64,000 nucleotides of DNA from Crenothrix polyspora. Lineage in GTDB: Bacteria; Pseudomonadota; Gammaproteobacteria; Methylococcales; Methylomonadaceae. This document shows positions 9,028 through 18,587 of this stretch, piece after piece (positions within the stretch are counted from its first letter, which is position 1; each line of letters opens with the position of its first letter). The DNA lies in the NCBI GenBank assembly GCA_945877505.1, contig CAMDWT010000001.1:53750-117749 (forward strand), in the 5' to 3' direction. Below the pieces are notes generated by a model. The model ran no database searches. It saw nothing but the letters and a program-made list of their open reading frames with translations, and had not been told where the DNA came from. The translations under genes were made by a program, and so were the position numbers.

Positions 9028-10097
9028 TGCGAGTGCTGACTAAGTATATAGTTGTCGAGATTCTAAAGGGCTCTTTTGTTGCATTGTTATTATTATTGAC
9101 TTTATTTAATTTATTTACTTTCACTGATGAACTTAAAGAACTGGGTGACGGTAATTATGGTCTGAAAGAGATTTTCTACTACCTGGTACTGACTTCTCCC
9201 AGTGTATTATATGAGTTAGTCCCCTCCTCAGCATTGCTGGGTAGCCTTTTTGTACTGGGTGCGATGGGCAATAATCGTGAGCTTATAGCGATGCGAGCAG
9301 CGGGATTATCCATCTTTGGAATTATTAAGTCAGTCATGATCGCTGGAGCTATTTTAGTTGTGATTTCACTGCTTATTGGTGAGTTTGTTGCTCCAGTCAC
9401 TCAGCGAATGGCAAAAATGGTTAAAGCATCTGCTCAGCAGGAGCAAGTTATCATGAGCGAAAAATATGGACTTTGGTTGCGTGAAGGAAAAAGCTTTATT
9501 AATGTGCGAAAAGTCGTCGATGATAGCCATTTAGCCGATGTAAGTATTTACGAGATAAACGACCAGCAACAGTTACATCAGGTTATACATGCTGATTTTG
9601 CAACTTCTTTAGGTAATCAGGAATGGAAGTTGAGCGATATCAAAAAATCAGAGATATCAACGCAACAAATGCTAGCTGAAACGCAAAGTAGTCAGCTTTG
9701 GAAGTTATCAATTGCACCCAATTTATTAAAAATTGTGATTGTTAGTGCGAATAACTTATCGCTATATGATTTGGCGGGTTATGTTAGTTTTTTGAAAAAG
9801 AATCATCAAAAATCACAAGATTTTGAGTTGGCTTTTTGGGGGCGTATTGTAAATCCACTGGTTACCTTTATTATGCTGTTGTTATCAGCTCCTTTTGTTA
9901 TTGGAGTTAAACGTGGAGTCAGTGTTGGTGAGCGTATGATGATAGGGGTTGTTGTCGGGATGAGTTTTAATATTCTTGATAAGACAGTCGGGCATTTAAG
10001 TTTAATTTATAATTTAAATCCACCATTAATGGCATTTATGCCTAGCTTGGCGGTTTTAGCAATAGCCTTATTTGCCATTAACAGAGTACGAGATTAA
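9027..10097 (+). CDS. lptG: LPS export ABC permease LptG
   Basis: MRVLTKYIVVEILKG... YjgP/YjgQ permease. ATG at 9027 has AAGGAAGG 8 nt upstream and overlaps the lptF stop. The upstream ORF-track extension (8991) lies inside lptF. Confidence 0.9.
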   Translation: MRVLTKYIVVEILKGSFVALLLLLTLFNLFTFTDELKELGDGNYGLKEIFYYLVLTSPSVLYELVPSSALLGSLFVLGAMGNNRELIAMRAAGLSIFGIIKSVMIAGAILVVISLLIGEFVAPVTQRMAKMVKASAQQEQVIMSEKYGLWLREGKSFINVRKVVDDSHLADVSIYEINDQQQLHQVIHADFATSLGNQEWKLSDIKKSEISTQQMLAETQSSQLWKLSIAPNLLKIVIVSANNLSLYDLAGYVSFLKKNHQKSQDFELAFWGRIVNPLVTFIMLLLSAPFVIGVKRGVSVGERMMIGVVVGMSFNILDKTVGHLSLIYNLNPPLMAFMPSLAVLAIALFAINRVRD

Positions 10098-10118
10098 TTT
10101 TTTGAGGTGCGGAGGGTG

Positions 10119-10146
10119 ACGTAATTGTTTTTATTAACAATTACGT
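10119..10146. repeat. inverted repeat in the convergent lptG/livF gap
   Basis: ACGTAATTGTT (10119-10129) / AACAATTACGT (10136-10146), 11-bp perfect stem with a 6-nt loop, overlapping the livF stop codon. No trailing U-tract, so terminator function is uncertain. Confidence 0.3.
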
Positions 10147-10863
10147 GCCTAAATAAGCGGCTTTTATTCTGGGGTTGCCTAATAAATCTAAACCTGATCC
10201 CGTTAAAACGACATGTCCAACTTCAAGGACGTAAGCTCTAGTGGCTATTCGTAAGGCCATATTGGCATTTTGTTCCACCAGTAGAACGGTCGTTCCTGCG
10301 GCATTGATTTCTTGAATGATAGAGAAAATATCTTGGACTAGTTTGGGCGCTAAGCCCATAGAGGGTTCGTCTAAAAGGAGGAGTTGTGCTCGGCTCATTA
10401 AAGCGCGACCTACCACCAGCATTTGTTGCTCACCACCTGATAAAGTGCCCGCAAGTTGTCGAGCGCGAAGTTTGAGTTTTGGAAAGAGAGTAAAGATGTG
10501 TTCATAGTCACTATTAATGGCTTCTTTATCTTTTCGTTGCCAAGTCGCTAATTGCAGATTTTCTTTAACGGTTAAATTGCCAAATACTCCTCGACCTTCA
10601 GGTACATGGGCAATGCCTAAGCCTACAATGGCGTGCGCAGGAACTGATTTAAGATTTTGACCTTCGAAAATGATGTCGCCATTAAAAGGTGTAATGCCAG
10701 AAATCGCTCGTAAAATGGAGCTTTTTCCTGCGCCGTTAGCACCAATAAGCGTGACAATTTCACCTTTATTAATGGTAAAAGATACTCCATGCAAGGCTTG
10801 TATGCCGTCATAATGCACTTCTAGGTTACACACTTCGAGTTGCAGATTTGTATTTTTATTCAT
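10141..10863 (-). CDS. livF: branched-chain amino acid (HAAT family) ABC transporter ATP-binding protein LivF
   Basis: 240 aa. Walker A GANGAGKSS, signature LSGGEQQ, Walker B LLLLDEPS. Last gene of the five-gene liv-type operon. Confidence 0.9.
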   Translation of the reverse strand: MNKNTNLQLEVCNLEVHYDGIQALHGVSFTINKGEIVTLIGANGAGKSSILRAISGITPFNGDIIFEGQNLKSVPAHAIVGLGIAHVPEGRGVFGNLTVKENLQLATWQRKDKEAINSDYEHIFTLFPKLKLRARQLAGTLSGGEQQMLVVGRALMSRAQLLLLDEPSMGLAPKLVQDIFSIIQEINAAGTTVLLVEQNANMALRIATRAYVLEVGHVVLTGSGLDLLGNPRIKAAYLGT

Positions 10864-10872
10864 GGTGGTTTA

Positions 10873-11640
10873 TTAACTTGGGATAGCGCCTAAGTAAGCT
10901 TCCATTACCTTGGGATTGTTTTGAATCATTTCAGGTGAGCCGACGGCTAAGGTTTCACCAAAATCAAGGACATGAATGCGCTCACATATACCCATAACTA
11001 ATTTCATTTGATGCTCAATTAATAAAATAGTCAGTTGAAATTCTTTGCGTATGGATTGAATTAAGCCCATTAACTCATCTATTTCGAAAGGATTCATGCC
11101 CGCTGCGGGTTCATCGAGTAACAATAACTCGGGTGAAATGGCCAAGGCTCTCGCAATTTCAAGTCGTCGTTGTAAGCCATAAGGTAAGTTTTTTGCTGTT
11201 TCGTTTGCTAGATGTGACAAGTTAAATATAGCCAATAATCGTAATGAGTTATCGATAATACGTTGTTCTTCTCGGGCATAGCGACCACAGTGTAGCAATC
11301 CCTCTAAGACGTTATAGCTGGTTTGCGAATGATGGGCAATACGCACATTATCTAGTACAGATAAATCACGAAACAAACGAATATTCTGGAAAGTTCTCCC
11401 TATGCGGAGGGCCGCAATTTGATTGGGTTTTTTTCCGACAATTTCTATCCCTTTAAAAAGAATACTACCTTCGCTGGCTTTATAGACGCCGGTTATTAGA
11501 TTAAAAAGCGTCGTCTTGCCGGCGCCATTGGGGCCAATTACGCCCATTAAGTCGCCATAGTGTAATTTCAAATTGAAATCGTTAACTGCACATAAACCAC
11601 CGAATTGATGGCCGACTTTATTGGCGATCAGAATTGTCAT
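10873..11640 (-). CDS. livG: branched-chain amino acid (HAAT family) ABC transporter ATP-binding protein LivG
   Basis: MTILIANKVGHQFGGLCAVNDF..., Walker A GPNGAGKTT, LPYGLQRRLEIARAL, LLLLDEPAAG. Start trimmed to ATG 11640 (alternative 11655). The ORF-track start 11715 lies inside livM. The gene overlaps the livM 3' end by about 23 nt. Confidence 0.88.
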   Translation of the reverse strand: MTILIANKVGHQFGGLCAVNDFNLKLHYGDLMGVIGPNGAGKTTLFNLITGVYKASEGSILFKGIEIVGKKPNQIAALRIGRTFQNIRLFRDLSVLDNVRIAHHSQTSYNVLEGLLHCGRYAREEQRIIDNSLRLLAIFNLSHLANETAKNLPYGLQRRLEIARALAISPELLLLDEPAAGMNPFEIDELMGLIQSIRKEFQLTILLIEHQMKLVMGICERIHVLDFGETLAVGSPEMIQNNPKVMEAYLGAIPS

Positions 11641-12724
11641 TGTTTGTAGCTTCATGCAGAAAGTTATGGGGATGTACTTGTTTATCTCGTCGGGGAATAA
11701 AGCCTCTAAATTCACGCAAGCCCATAATTCCCCTAGGCCAGTAAAGCATCACTAGAATAAGTATTAAGGGCATGATAACCATTCGCCAAATACCTAAATG
11801 GCTGATGACGTAATCATTTAAAGGCGTAAAGATAAAAGGAGGTAGCCATGATAATAAGGCTGCCATTGTCGATGGTCTTAATATTTCCAATAAAACAGTA
11901 AAAATAGTAGCGCCTAATATTGAGCCTCCTATTGATGCAATGCCGCCTAAATAAACCATGATCAGGATATCGGTCGATTTTGTAATATCGAAAATTCGGG
12001 GGCTAATAAATTGTAATAAATGTGCGAATAGTGCGCCTGCAATTCCTGCGCAGAACGAGGATAACATGAAGGCGAAAAATTTAACTTGTTGAGTGTTAAC
12101 ACTCATTAAGTCACTGGCGATTTCATCTTCACGGATAGCTAATACACCACGCCCGTATTTTGAATAGATAAAATTTCGAATCATCCATAGTAAGGTTGTG
12201 GCCCAGAAAAATACCCAAGGTAACGTTGTTAATTTCATGATGCCGGACATCCCACGAGGACCTCCAATAGCATCAATGTTTTCGATCATGGATTTAACGA
12301 TCATTAAGAAAGCGAGGGTAATGATAGCTAAATAATCCCCGCGAACCTTAAATGAGGGGATCGCTACAATCATACCTAGCAGCGCGGCGACGAGTCCTCC
12401 GATAAGGACGGCGCAAGGGAATAAAAAGGGAAAGTCAGCGACTGGAAAAACTTTCATCGTCAGCAATACTGATGTGTAGGCGCCAACGGCCATAAATCCT
12501 GCATGTGCGAGTGAGAATTCACCCATATAGCCATTCACCAAGTTTAAACTCGTGGCTAAAATGATATTAATGCCGATATACATCAATATCAGCTGAATAT
12601 AGACACTAAGCAGATGATATTCCGGAATAGCGAAAGCAAGGCCAAAGCCAATAACTAACAGAAGAGGAACGAGCCAAGCACTTTCTAGCAAGGCATCCCA
12701 TCGTTGTTTAAGAAGAACCATCAT
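11618..12724 (-). CDS. livM: branched-chain amino acid ABC transporter permease LivM
   Basis: 368-aa polytopic membrane protein of the LivH/LivM permease family. ATGA overlap with livH. Confidence 0.88.
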   Translation of the reverse strand: MMVLLKQRWDALLESAWLVPLLLVIGFGLAFAIPEYHLLSVYIQLILMYIGINIILATSLNLVNGYMGEFSLAHAGFMAVGAYTSVLLTMKVFPVADFPFLFPCAVLIGGLVAALLGMIVAIPSFKVRGDYLAIITLAFLMIVKSMIENIDAIGGPRGMSGIMKLTTLPWVFFWATTLLWMIRNFIYSKYGRGVLAIREDEIASDLMSVNTQQVKFFAFMLSSFCAGIAGALFAHLLQFISPRIFDITKSTDILIMVYLGGIASIGGSILGATIFTVLLEILRPSTMAALLSWLPPFIFTPLNDYVISHLGIWRMVIMPLILILVMLYWPRGIMGLREFRGFIPRRDKQVHPHNFLHEATNNDNSDRQ

Positions 12725-13608
12725 ACTTTTTGGATCCTTGGTTTGCCAAGAATGCCGTAAGGCCGCACCATAATTAATACCATTAATAAGGTGAAAGCGA
12801 CAAAATCACGGAATGTTGACGGAAAAAATGCAACGACCATAATTTCAACAGTGCCTAAAATAAAAGCGCCGGCCATGGCTCCTCGGATGTTACCAATACC
12901 GCCGACTACGGCGCAAATAAAGGCCTTCCATCCGACCATTATGCCCATATAAGGATCAATCACTGGATAGGCTAGGGCATACATGGTTCCTGCGGCTCCG
13001 GCTAGTCCCGCGCCAATGGCGAAGGTAATGGAAATAATAAAATCGACAGGGATACCCATTAAAGGTACAAAAGTTTTGTCCCAAGAAATTGCCCGCATTG
13101 CCATGCCGATAGTGGTTCTTTGGACTATGTAATCGAGTAGTAGCATTAATCCTAATGACAGGCTAATGATGACGAGTTGAATAGATGAGAGGGTGATGCC
13201 ATAAAAATTCCAAGTAACATTTTCCAGTAACATAGGAATGTGTTTTGGATAAGGGGCGAGGGCTAAGGTGAAGTTTTCAAGAAACATTCCTACGCCCAGC
13301 GCTGTGATAATGGCTGATACACGCGGTGCTTGGCGAAGTGGCTTATAAGCTAATCTTTCAATGAGGACACCTAAAATGGCGGTGCCTATCATCGTCAATA
13401 ACAAGGTCGGTACGAAGGTCAAGTTTAAGGTGCTTGATAACAAAAAGCAGAAAAAAGCACCAATCATGAAGACATCGCCATGAGCAAAGTTAATCATGGT
13501 TAAAATACCATATACCATGGTATAACCTAGCGCTATCAAGGCGTAAATGCTACCTAATTGCAAAGCATTTAAAGCTTGCTGAAGCCAGTAAATAATCCCT
13601 TCACTCAC
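12721..13608 (-). CDS. livH: branched-chain amino acid ABC transporter permease LivH
   Basis: 295-aa polytopic permease. Conserved INFAHGD and GGIGNIRGA motifs of LivH-type permeases. Confidence 0.9.
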   Translation of the reverse strand: MSEGIIYWLQQALNALQLGSIYALIALGYTMVYGILTMINFAHGDVFMIGAFFCFLLSSTLNLTFVPTLLLTMIGTAILGVLIERLAYKPLRQAPRVSAIITALGVGMFLENFTLALAPYPKHIPMLLENVTWNFYGITLSSIQLVIISLSLGLMLLLDYIVQRTTIGMAMRAISWDKTFVPLMGIPVDFIISITFAIGAGLAGAAGTMYALAYPVIDPYMGIMVGWKAFICAVVGGIGNIRGAMAGAFILGTVEIMVVAFFPSTFRDFVAFTLLMVLIMVRPYGILGKPRIQKV

Positions 13609-13636
13609 GATTACGCTCCTTTTTGTAATTCATTAA

Positions 13637-14806
13637 TCATGGCGCAGCATTCATTACCCAAACAAACTTATCGCCCTTAATTTGCATGATCACGGCACTT
13701 TTGACGGGATCACCTGATCCACCAGTAAATTTAATGTCGCCAGTAACACCGTTGTAATTAGAGATGGTCGCTAAAGTGTCTCGTATTGCTTGGCGTTCAA
13801 GAGTGGGTGATTTTTTAAGTGCTTCAAATAACAAACCCATTGAGTCATAAGTTAGTGCGGCAACATCATCAGGCGTATTGCCGTATTGCTTGTTATAAGT
13901 CTCAATAAATTTTTTGGCGGTCGGCGTTGCAATATCGGTTGCGTAATGATTAGCAAAATAGTCACCTTCTACCGTTCCACCTGATAGCTTGATCAATTCA
14001 GGGCTGCTCCAAGCATCGGATCCTAGTAAAGGTTGATTGATACCTGCACGACGAGCTTGTTGGGCGATTAGACCTACATCATTATAGTAAGCGGGTAGGA
14101 ATATGATGTCTGGATTGGCGTTTTTTATTTTTGTAAGTTGAGCTGAGAAATCGCGGTCACCAGCGGTATACGTTTCAAAAGCGACGGTCTTTCCACCTAA
14201 TTCTTCGAAAGTTACTCGAAATAGGTCTGCTTGACTCTTAGGTGCTTCAGACGCAACATCGTAGAGTATAGCCACTTTTTTTGCGGCTAGCTTTTCAAGC
14301 GCAAAACGAGCGAGGACTCGACCTTCAAAGGGATCTGTGTAACACGCACGAAACACATAACTTTTAGGTTTTCCAGTGGTTGTGTCTAGGGTAGTTTTTG
14401 GATTTGTCGACCAAGGCGTAATTAATAGTGTCTTGTTGTATTCAGCAATTTCAGCGGCAGGTATTGCACCAAGGCTGGCATTGGGCCCGACTATCGCAAC
14501 AACATTATCTTGGCTAATTAGTTTGTTTGCAGCGGCTACTGATTGATCGGCTTTGGATGCGTTGTCTTCAATAACAAGTTCAACGGGATAAGCTTTGCCA
14601 TTAAGTGTGATGCCACCCGTTGAGTTCACTTCATTTACCGCCAGTTCAGCAGCATTTTTTGAAGATGCACCGACCGCTGGCATATCGCCTGTAAGTTCTA
14701 CAATTAAGCCTACCTTGATAGTCTCTTGTTTAGTAGAGTCGCCACAACTGGCTAAAAAAGTAGCGGATAGCAAAGAAATTAAAAGAGGGTGGATTATCTT
14801 GTTCAT
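13637..14806 (-). CDS. HAAT-family periplasmic substrate-binding lipoprotein (LivK/LivJ-like)
   Basis: 389 aa. Lipobox LASC at the signal peptide end. Type-I periplasmic binding fold hallmarks (IKVGLIVELTGD..., VAIVGPNASLGA). First gene of the liv-type operon. The substrate (amino acid versus amide/urea) is not resolvable. Confidence 0.85.
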   Translation of the reverse strand: MNKIIHPLLISLLSATFLASCGDSTKQETIKVGLIVELTGDMPAVGASSKNAAELAVNEVNSTGGITLNGKAYPVELVIEDNASKADQSVAAANKLISQDNVVAIVGPNASLGAIPAAEIAEYNKTLLITPWSTNPKTTLDTTTGKPKSYVFRACYTDPFEGRVLARFALEKLAAKKVAILYDVASEAPKSQADLFRVTFEELGGKTVAFETYTAGDRDFSAQLTKIKNANPDIIFLPAYYNDVGLIAQQARRAGINQPLLGSDAWSSPELIKLSGGTVEGDYFANHYATDIATPTAKKFIETYNKQYGNTPDDVAALTYDSMGLLFEALKKSPTLERQAIRDTLATISNYNGVTGDIKFTGGSGDPVKSAVIMQIKGDKFVWVMNAAP

Positions 14807-15126
14807 AATTAAAGTGTTAGGGAGGAATTAATCATTAAAGAAGTTAGACGTTATTAAGGTTTTGAATAATCATTTTTGATGGTGTCATTAGCGTGATCAT
14901 TAAACCTTGCTTCTTAGATTATATTACACTTTACAAAGTTATGACTTGGAAAAAATAAAGTTTGAATCCTTCAAAGTTAAGAGTAAGTGAGTTTTAAATA
15001 GCAGCAATTCGCTTTGTGCCTAGATTATTTTTATGAGATACATAAAAGTTATGCCGGACAATCGAGTCGGATAGGTTTTTAGAGGTATCGTCATTAAAAA
15101 AGCAACAGGATTAATATGGATAGTTC

Positions 15127-16146
15127 TTAAGGGAAATATTGCCTAGGGTTGCTAGCTATTTCTCGAGCAGCAAGAAATTGGGCGTAATAGTTACGTGAGG
15201 CAAAGCCGAAAGCAGGCCCATTATAAGTATCTACAATGCGAACAAAATCATGACCAACTTGGTTTTGTGCTCTCTTCATGCCACCGATGCCATGATTGTA
15301 AGAGGTGATTGCTGTGGGCCAGTCTCCGAGTTTTTGGTAGGCGTGACTTAGGTAGCGTGCCGCACCATTGGCTGAAGCAAAAGGATCAAGACGTTGATCA
15401 ACTCCATTCCCTGAGGGCATAAAAGTCTTTGCAGCTCCTTTAGTGAATTGCCACATACCTACAGCGCCCGCGGACGATTTAGCAGAGGGTTGAAAGGAGG
15501 ACTCTACATGCGGAAGACAGGCTAAATCTTCTGGCAAGCCAGCTTCGCGGAAAATTTTTCTAAATTGACGGTCGTATTTTCGACTAATGTCGAGGCCTTG
15601 TTTAAAACGTTCTCGGGTGCCTCGTTGAGACCTGACTCGCTCGGAAGCACCTATGATCAGGCTATTAAGTTGTCGACCGTTACTTTTAAGTTTAGAAATT
15701 ATCTGTTTGTCGTTAGCGTTTAAAGGGGCGTTGTAGCGGATTTTGCTTTCCAAAATAGAGAGTTGTACTTTCCAAAAGTCACGACGTTTTTTGACTATTT
15801 CTTTTTGATCAGTTGTTAGGCTATCGTCAACATTGCCCGGTAATAACATGACTTCGTAGACCACATCAAGATAGCGGTCATCATGAAACGCGACTTCAGA
15901 GCGATGCCATACGGTATAAGTTTTACTCCAAAATTCAACGGCAGGTTGAAGTTCGCCTGGCTTTTGAAATGCACCTGATAGAGTGGAGGCCCTTTTTTGA
16001 TATTGAAGTGGGTTTGTCGATGGTAGGGCGGCACTTTGATTGGCCGAGGGAGGATTGGGTTTTACTACTTGCGTGCTGTTATTGCAGGCACTCAATGCAA
16101 AGACCATTGTTAACACAAGAAAAATTCGTCTATCTAAGGGATTCAT
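15127..16146 (-). CDS. lytic murein transglycosylase lipoprotein (SLT domain)
   Basis: 339 aa. Lipobox ALSAC. SLT catalytic region LPHVESSFQPSAKSSAGAVGMWQF and downstream AYNHG-like SYNHGIGG. Confidence 0.85.
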   Translation of the reverse strand: MNPLDRRIFLVLTMVFALSACNNSTQVVKPNPPSANQSAALPSTNPLQYQKRASTLSGAFQKPGELQPAVEFWSKTYTVWHRSEVAFHDDRYLDVVYEVMLLPGNVDDSLTTDQKEIVKKRRDFWKVQLSILESKIRYNAPLNANDKQIISKLKSNGRQLNSLIIGASERVRSQRGTRERFKQGLDISRKYDRQFRKIFREAGLPEDLACLPHVESSFQPSAKSSAGAVGMWQFTKGAAKTFMPSGNGVDQRLDPFASANGAARYLSHAYQKLGDWPTAITSYNHGIGGMKRAQNQVGHDFVRIVDTYNGPAFGFASRNYYAQFLAAREIASNPRQYFP

Positions 16147-16400
16147 TATGGGTGGTTATTCATGATTGATTAGTGTCTAGCAGGATGCTTTACGTTGTTA
16201 TTTTTAAGCCAAATAATGGGCTGGAGTTAAATTGTTAATCTTTTAGTGGTGTTTATTAAAATATTCGATTTAAGTCATAAAGGCTAGTTTAAAGGGTAAT
16301 GTGTTCTAAATCACGCTGACTCATAAAGTAAGGCTTTCACCCTGACTACTCGGCAAGGGTGCTCTAGCCCTCTAAAAAATGGAGGGGTAGGAAGAAATGC

Positions 16401-18308
16401 TTACTGACTTTCGCCAATAGGTGCGGCAAATCCGTCAGCCACTATGTTGTTGATATTATCACCTGTCAATGACTCTAAAAAGCTTTTTAAGTCGGATAGT
16501 TCTGGCTCAGTTAGATTTAAGGGTTTGATTAGTGGGTCAATATTTTCGTTAGTGATACCGCCTTGGTTATAAAATTCAAGGACTTGGTTTAAGGTTTCAA
16601 AACTGCCGTTATGCATATAAGGCCCTGTTAAGCTGATATTGCGCAATGAAGGCGTTTTATATTTCCAGCGGTCTTCTGGTTTTTGGGTTATTTCATAACG
16701 TCCTAGATCATTGGTTTTGGTTTCAGCAACTTTAGCGATTAAGGTGGTGTTAACATCAACATAAACGCCGGGTGAAACTTGAATATGTTGAGTGTTATCA
16801 GGCTTATTCATCGCAGTCGAATAACCAATGCCGGTATTATGATTGCCATTATCTGTAAACAAAGCTGAGTGACTGTTAAGGGTGTGGCAGTTGGAACAGT
16901 GGGCTTTACCGGTAAATAATTGGAAACCACGTTGTGCTTTTTCGTTTAGCGCCGCTTTATCTTTCCCATAAAACCAGCGGTCAAACGCAGAGTTGGCTGA
17001 ATTTAGCGTGCGTTCATAACTGGCAATGGCCATTCCTATGGTTTCCATGCTGGGCTCTTTGCCAAAGGTTTTTTTAAATAGAGTGTTGTAGTCAGGACTG
17101 CTGTTGATTTTGTCGATGACATAGCCTATCGATGGGTTTGCCATTTCATTATGGGCTAATAAGGGCGACCATACTTGTTGTTCCAGTGTTGATTCTCGGC
17201 TGTCATGAAATAAAGCGGTGGCATAAGCAATGTTGTATAAGGTGGGCGAGTTACGCCTTATGGTTCTGCCTTCTATACCAACGGCAGTTGCCATTTCGTT
17301 ATTGGTGAACCCTTGCTCAGGAATGTGACACATGGCACAAGAAAACGTGTTATTTAGCGATAAACGTCGATCATAAAATAGTTTGCGTCCCAACTGAATT
17401 TTGTTCGCTGTGATTGGGTTATTGATAGGCACTGGGACACGAGGAAGGCCAAGTGAGGGCTTATTTACGGTATTAATTAAAGCCGTATTTTGGCCAATTC
17501 GGTCGGTTAAGGCGACGGAGTGAGTTTGGTAATTACTCTGGTCATAATTTAGTTTGTTGTCACCTGGGGTAAAAAGATTTATAGCGGCACGATCACTAGA
17601 CTTCACAGAAATTGCATTAGTCGTGGAGGGCAATAAGGTCTTGATGTCATTGATTAGCGTGTCTGGGTGTAAAAAATTTACGCTGTAAATATTGCGGATA
17701 CGTTGATTTTTGTCGATAAGATAAACACGGAGAATGTGAGAAAATGTCTGCGTAAATTGTCCTTCGGTATTATAGACTTTTTGAATGTTTTGCTTATAGT
17801 GAGCCAATATCGGTTGTAATGTTTGTTCAGATTGAGTCGTCAAAAAGTGCCATTCTACGCCCTGATCTTGAAATGCAGCGCCATAGTGTTCCATTGTTTC
17901 AGGTGTGTCGTGTTCGGGGTTAAAGCTTAAGGTAATCAGTCTTAAGTGTTCTGCCATAGTAGGTTCTTTTTTGAGGCGTAGCTTGATTTTATTAAATACC
18001 GCGGTGGCTAAGGGACAGCCATTAACATCACTACAGGTTGCGTAAATAAAGCTAAGAAGGGTTATTTTATCACCCATCAAACTATGTAAAGTTAAGGACT
18101 TGCCTTGGGTGTCTAGAACATTGCCGTCACTAGCTATACCTAAAATGGGGAGCTTATAGGATCCTGGGATGGGTGCGGTAAATTCTAGAGTTCCGTAACC
18201 AGGCGCCAATATTTGCTGCTCGGTTACTTTGTTCTCGGCACGAGAGAAGTTGATTAAGGAGAAGCTTATCAATATAAGAATAATTTTTAAAAAATTAGAA
18301 GGCTTCAT
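16401..18308 (-). CDS. secreted fusion protein: SCO1/SenC-like thioredoxin-fold domain + di-haem cytochrome c peroxidase (CCP/MauG family)
   Basis: 635 aa. Signal peptide MKPSNFLKIILILISFSLINFSRA. N-terminal SCO-like region with ATCSDVNGCPLA and FSHILRVYLID. C-terminal CCP domain with two CxxCH haem sites (CAMCH, CSNCH) and PSLRNISLTGPYMHNGSF. Confidence 0.8.
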   Translation of the reverse strand: MKPSNFLKIILILISFSLINFSRAENKVTEQQILAPGYGTLEFTAPIPGSYKLPILGIASDGNVLDTQGKSLTLHSLMGDKITLLSFIYATCSDVNGCPLATAVFNKIKLRLKKEPTMAEHLRLITLSFNPEHDTPETMEHYGAAFQDQGVEWHFLTTQSEQTLQPILAHYKQNIQKVYNTEGQFTQTFSHILRVYLIDKNQRIRNIYSVNFLHPDTLINDIKTLLPSTTNAISVKSSDRAAINLFTPGDNKLNYDQSNYQTHSVALTDRIGQNTALINTVNKPSLGLPRVPVPINNPITANKIQLGRKLFYDRRLSLNNTFSCAMCHIPEQGFTNNEMATAVGIEGRTIRRNSPTLYNIAYATALFHDSRESTLEQQVWSPLLAHNEMANPSIGYVIDKINSSPDYNTLFKKTFGKEPSMETIGMAIASYERTLNSANSAFDRWFYGKDKAALNEKAQRGFQLFTGKAHCSNCHTLNSHSALFTDNGNHNTGIGYSTAMNKPDNTQHIQVSPGVYVDVNTTLIAKVAETKTNDLGRYEITQKPEDRWKYKTPSLRNISLTGPYMHNGSFETLNQVLEFYNQGGITNENIDPLIKPLNLTEPELSDLKSFLESLTGDNINNIVADGFAAPIGESQ

Positions 18309-18587
18309 AAGCTCTGTAAAAAGTTAGTTATATAATTGCACAAGGGGGAAATAACGCTTAGTTGGTTACCTATAAAAGCACTAATCACCTTGATCTGTAT
18401 TTTTTTTGCAATCATGCTTGCGTTTAACTCTATCACAATTGCCACTCTGCTAATAAGGGCTTAAAAGTTCTTATAGTGGAATTGAATATATAATAGTTAG
18501 GTGTTTTAACTGTAATTAAAGCATTAGACGGTATATAATCAAACACTTTGAGTCAATCATTTACTAAAATCACACCGGAAAGAAAAC

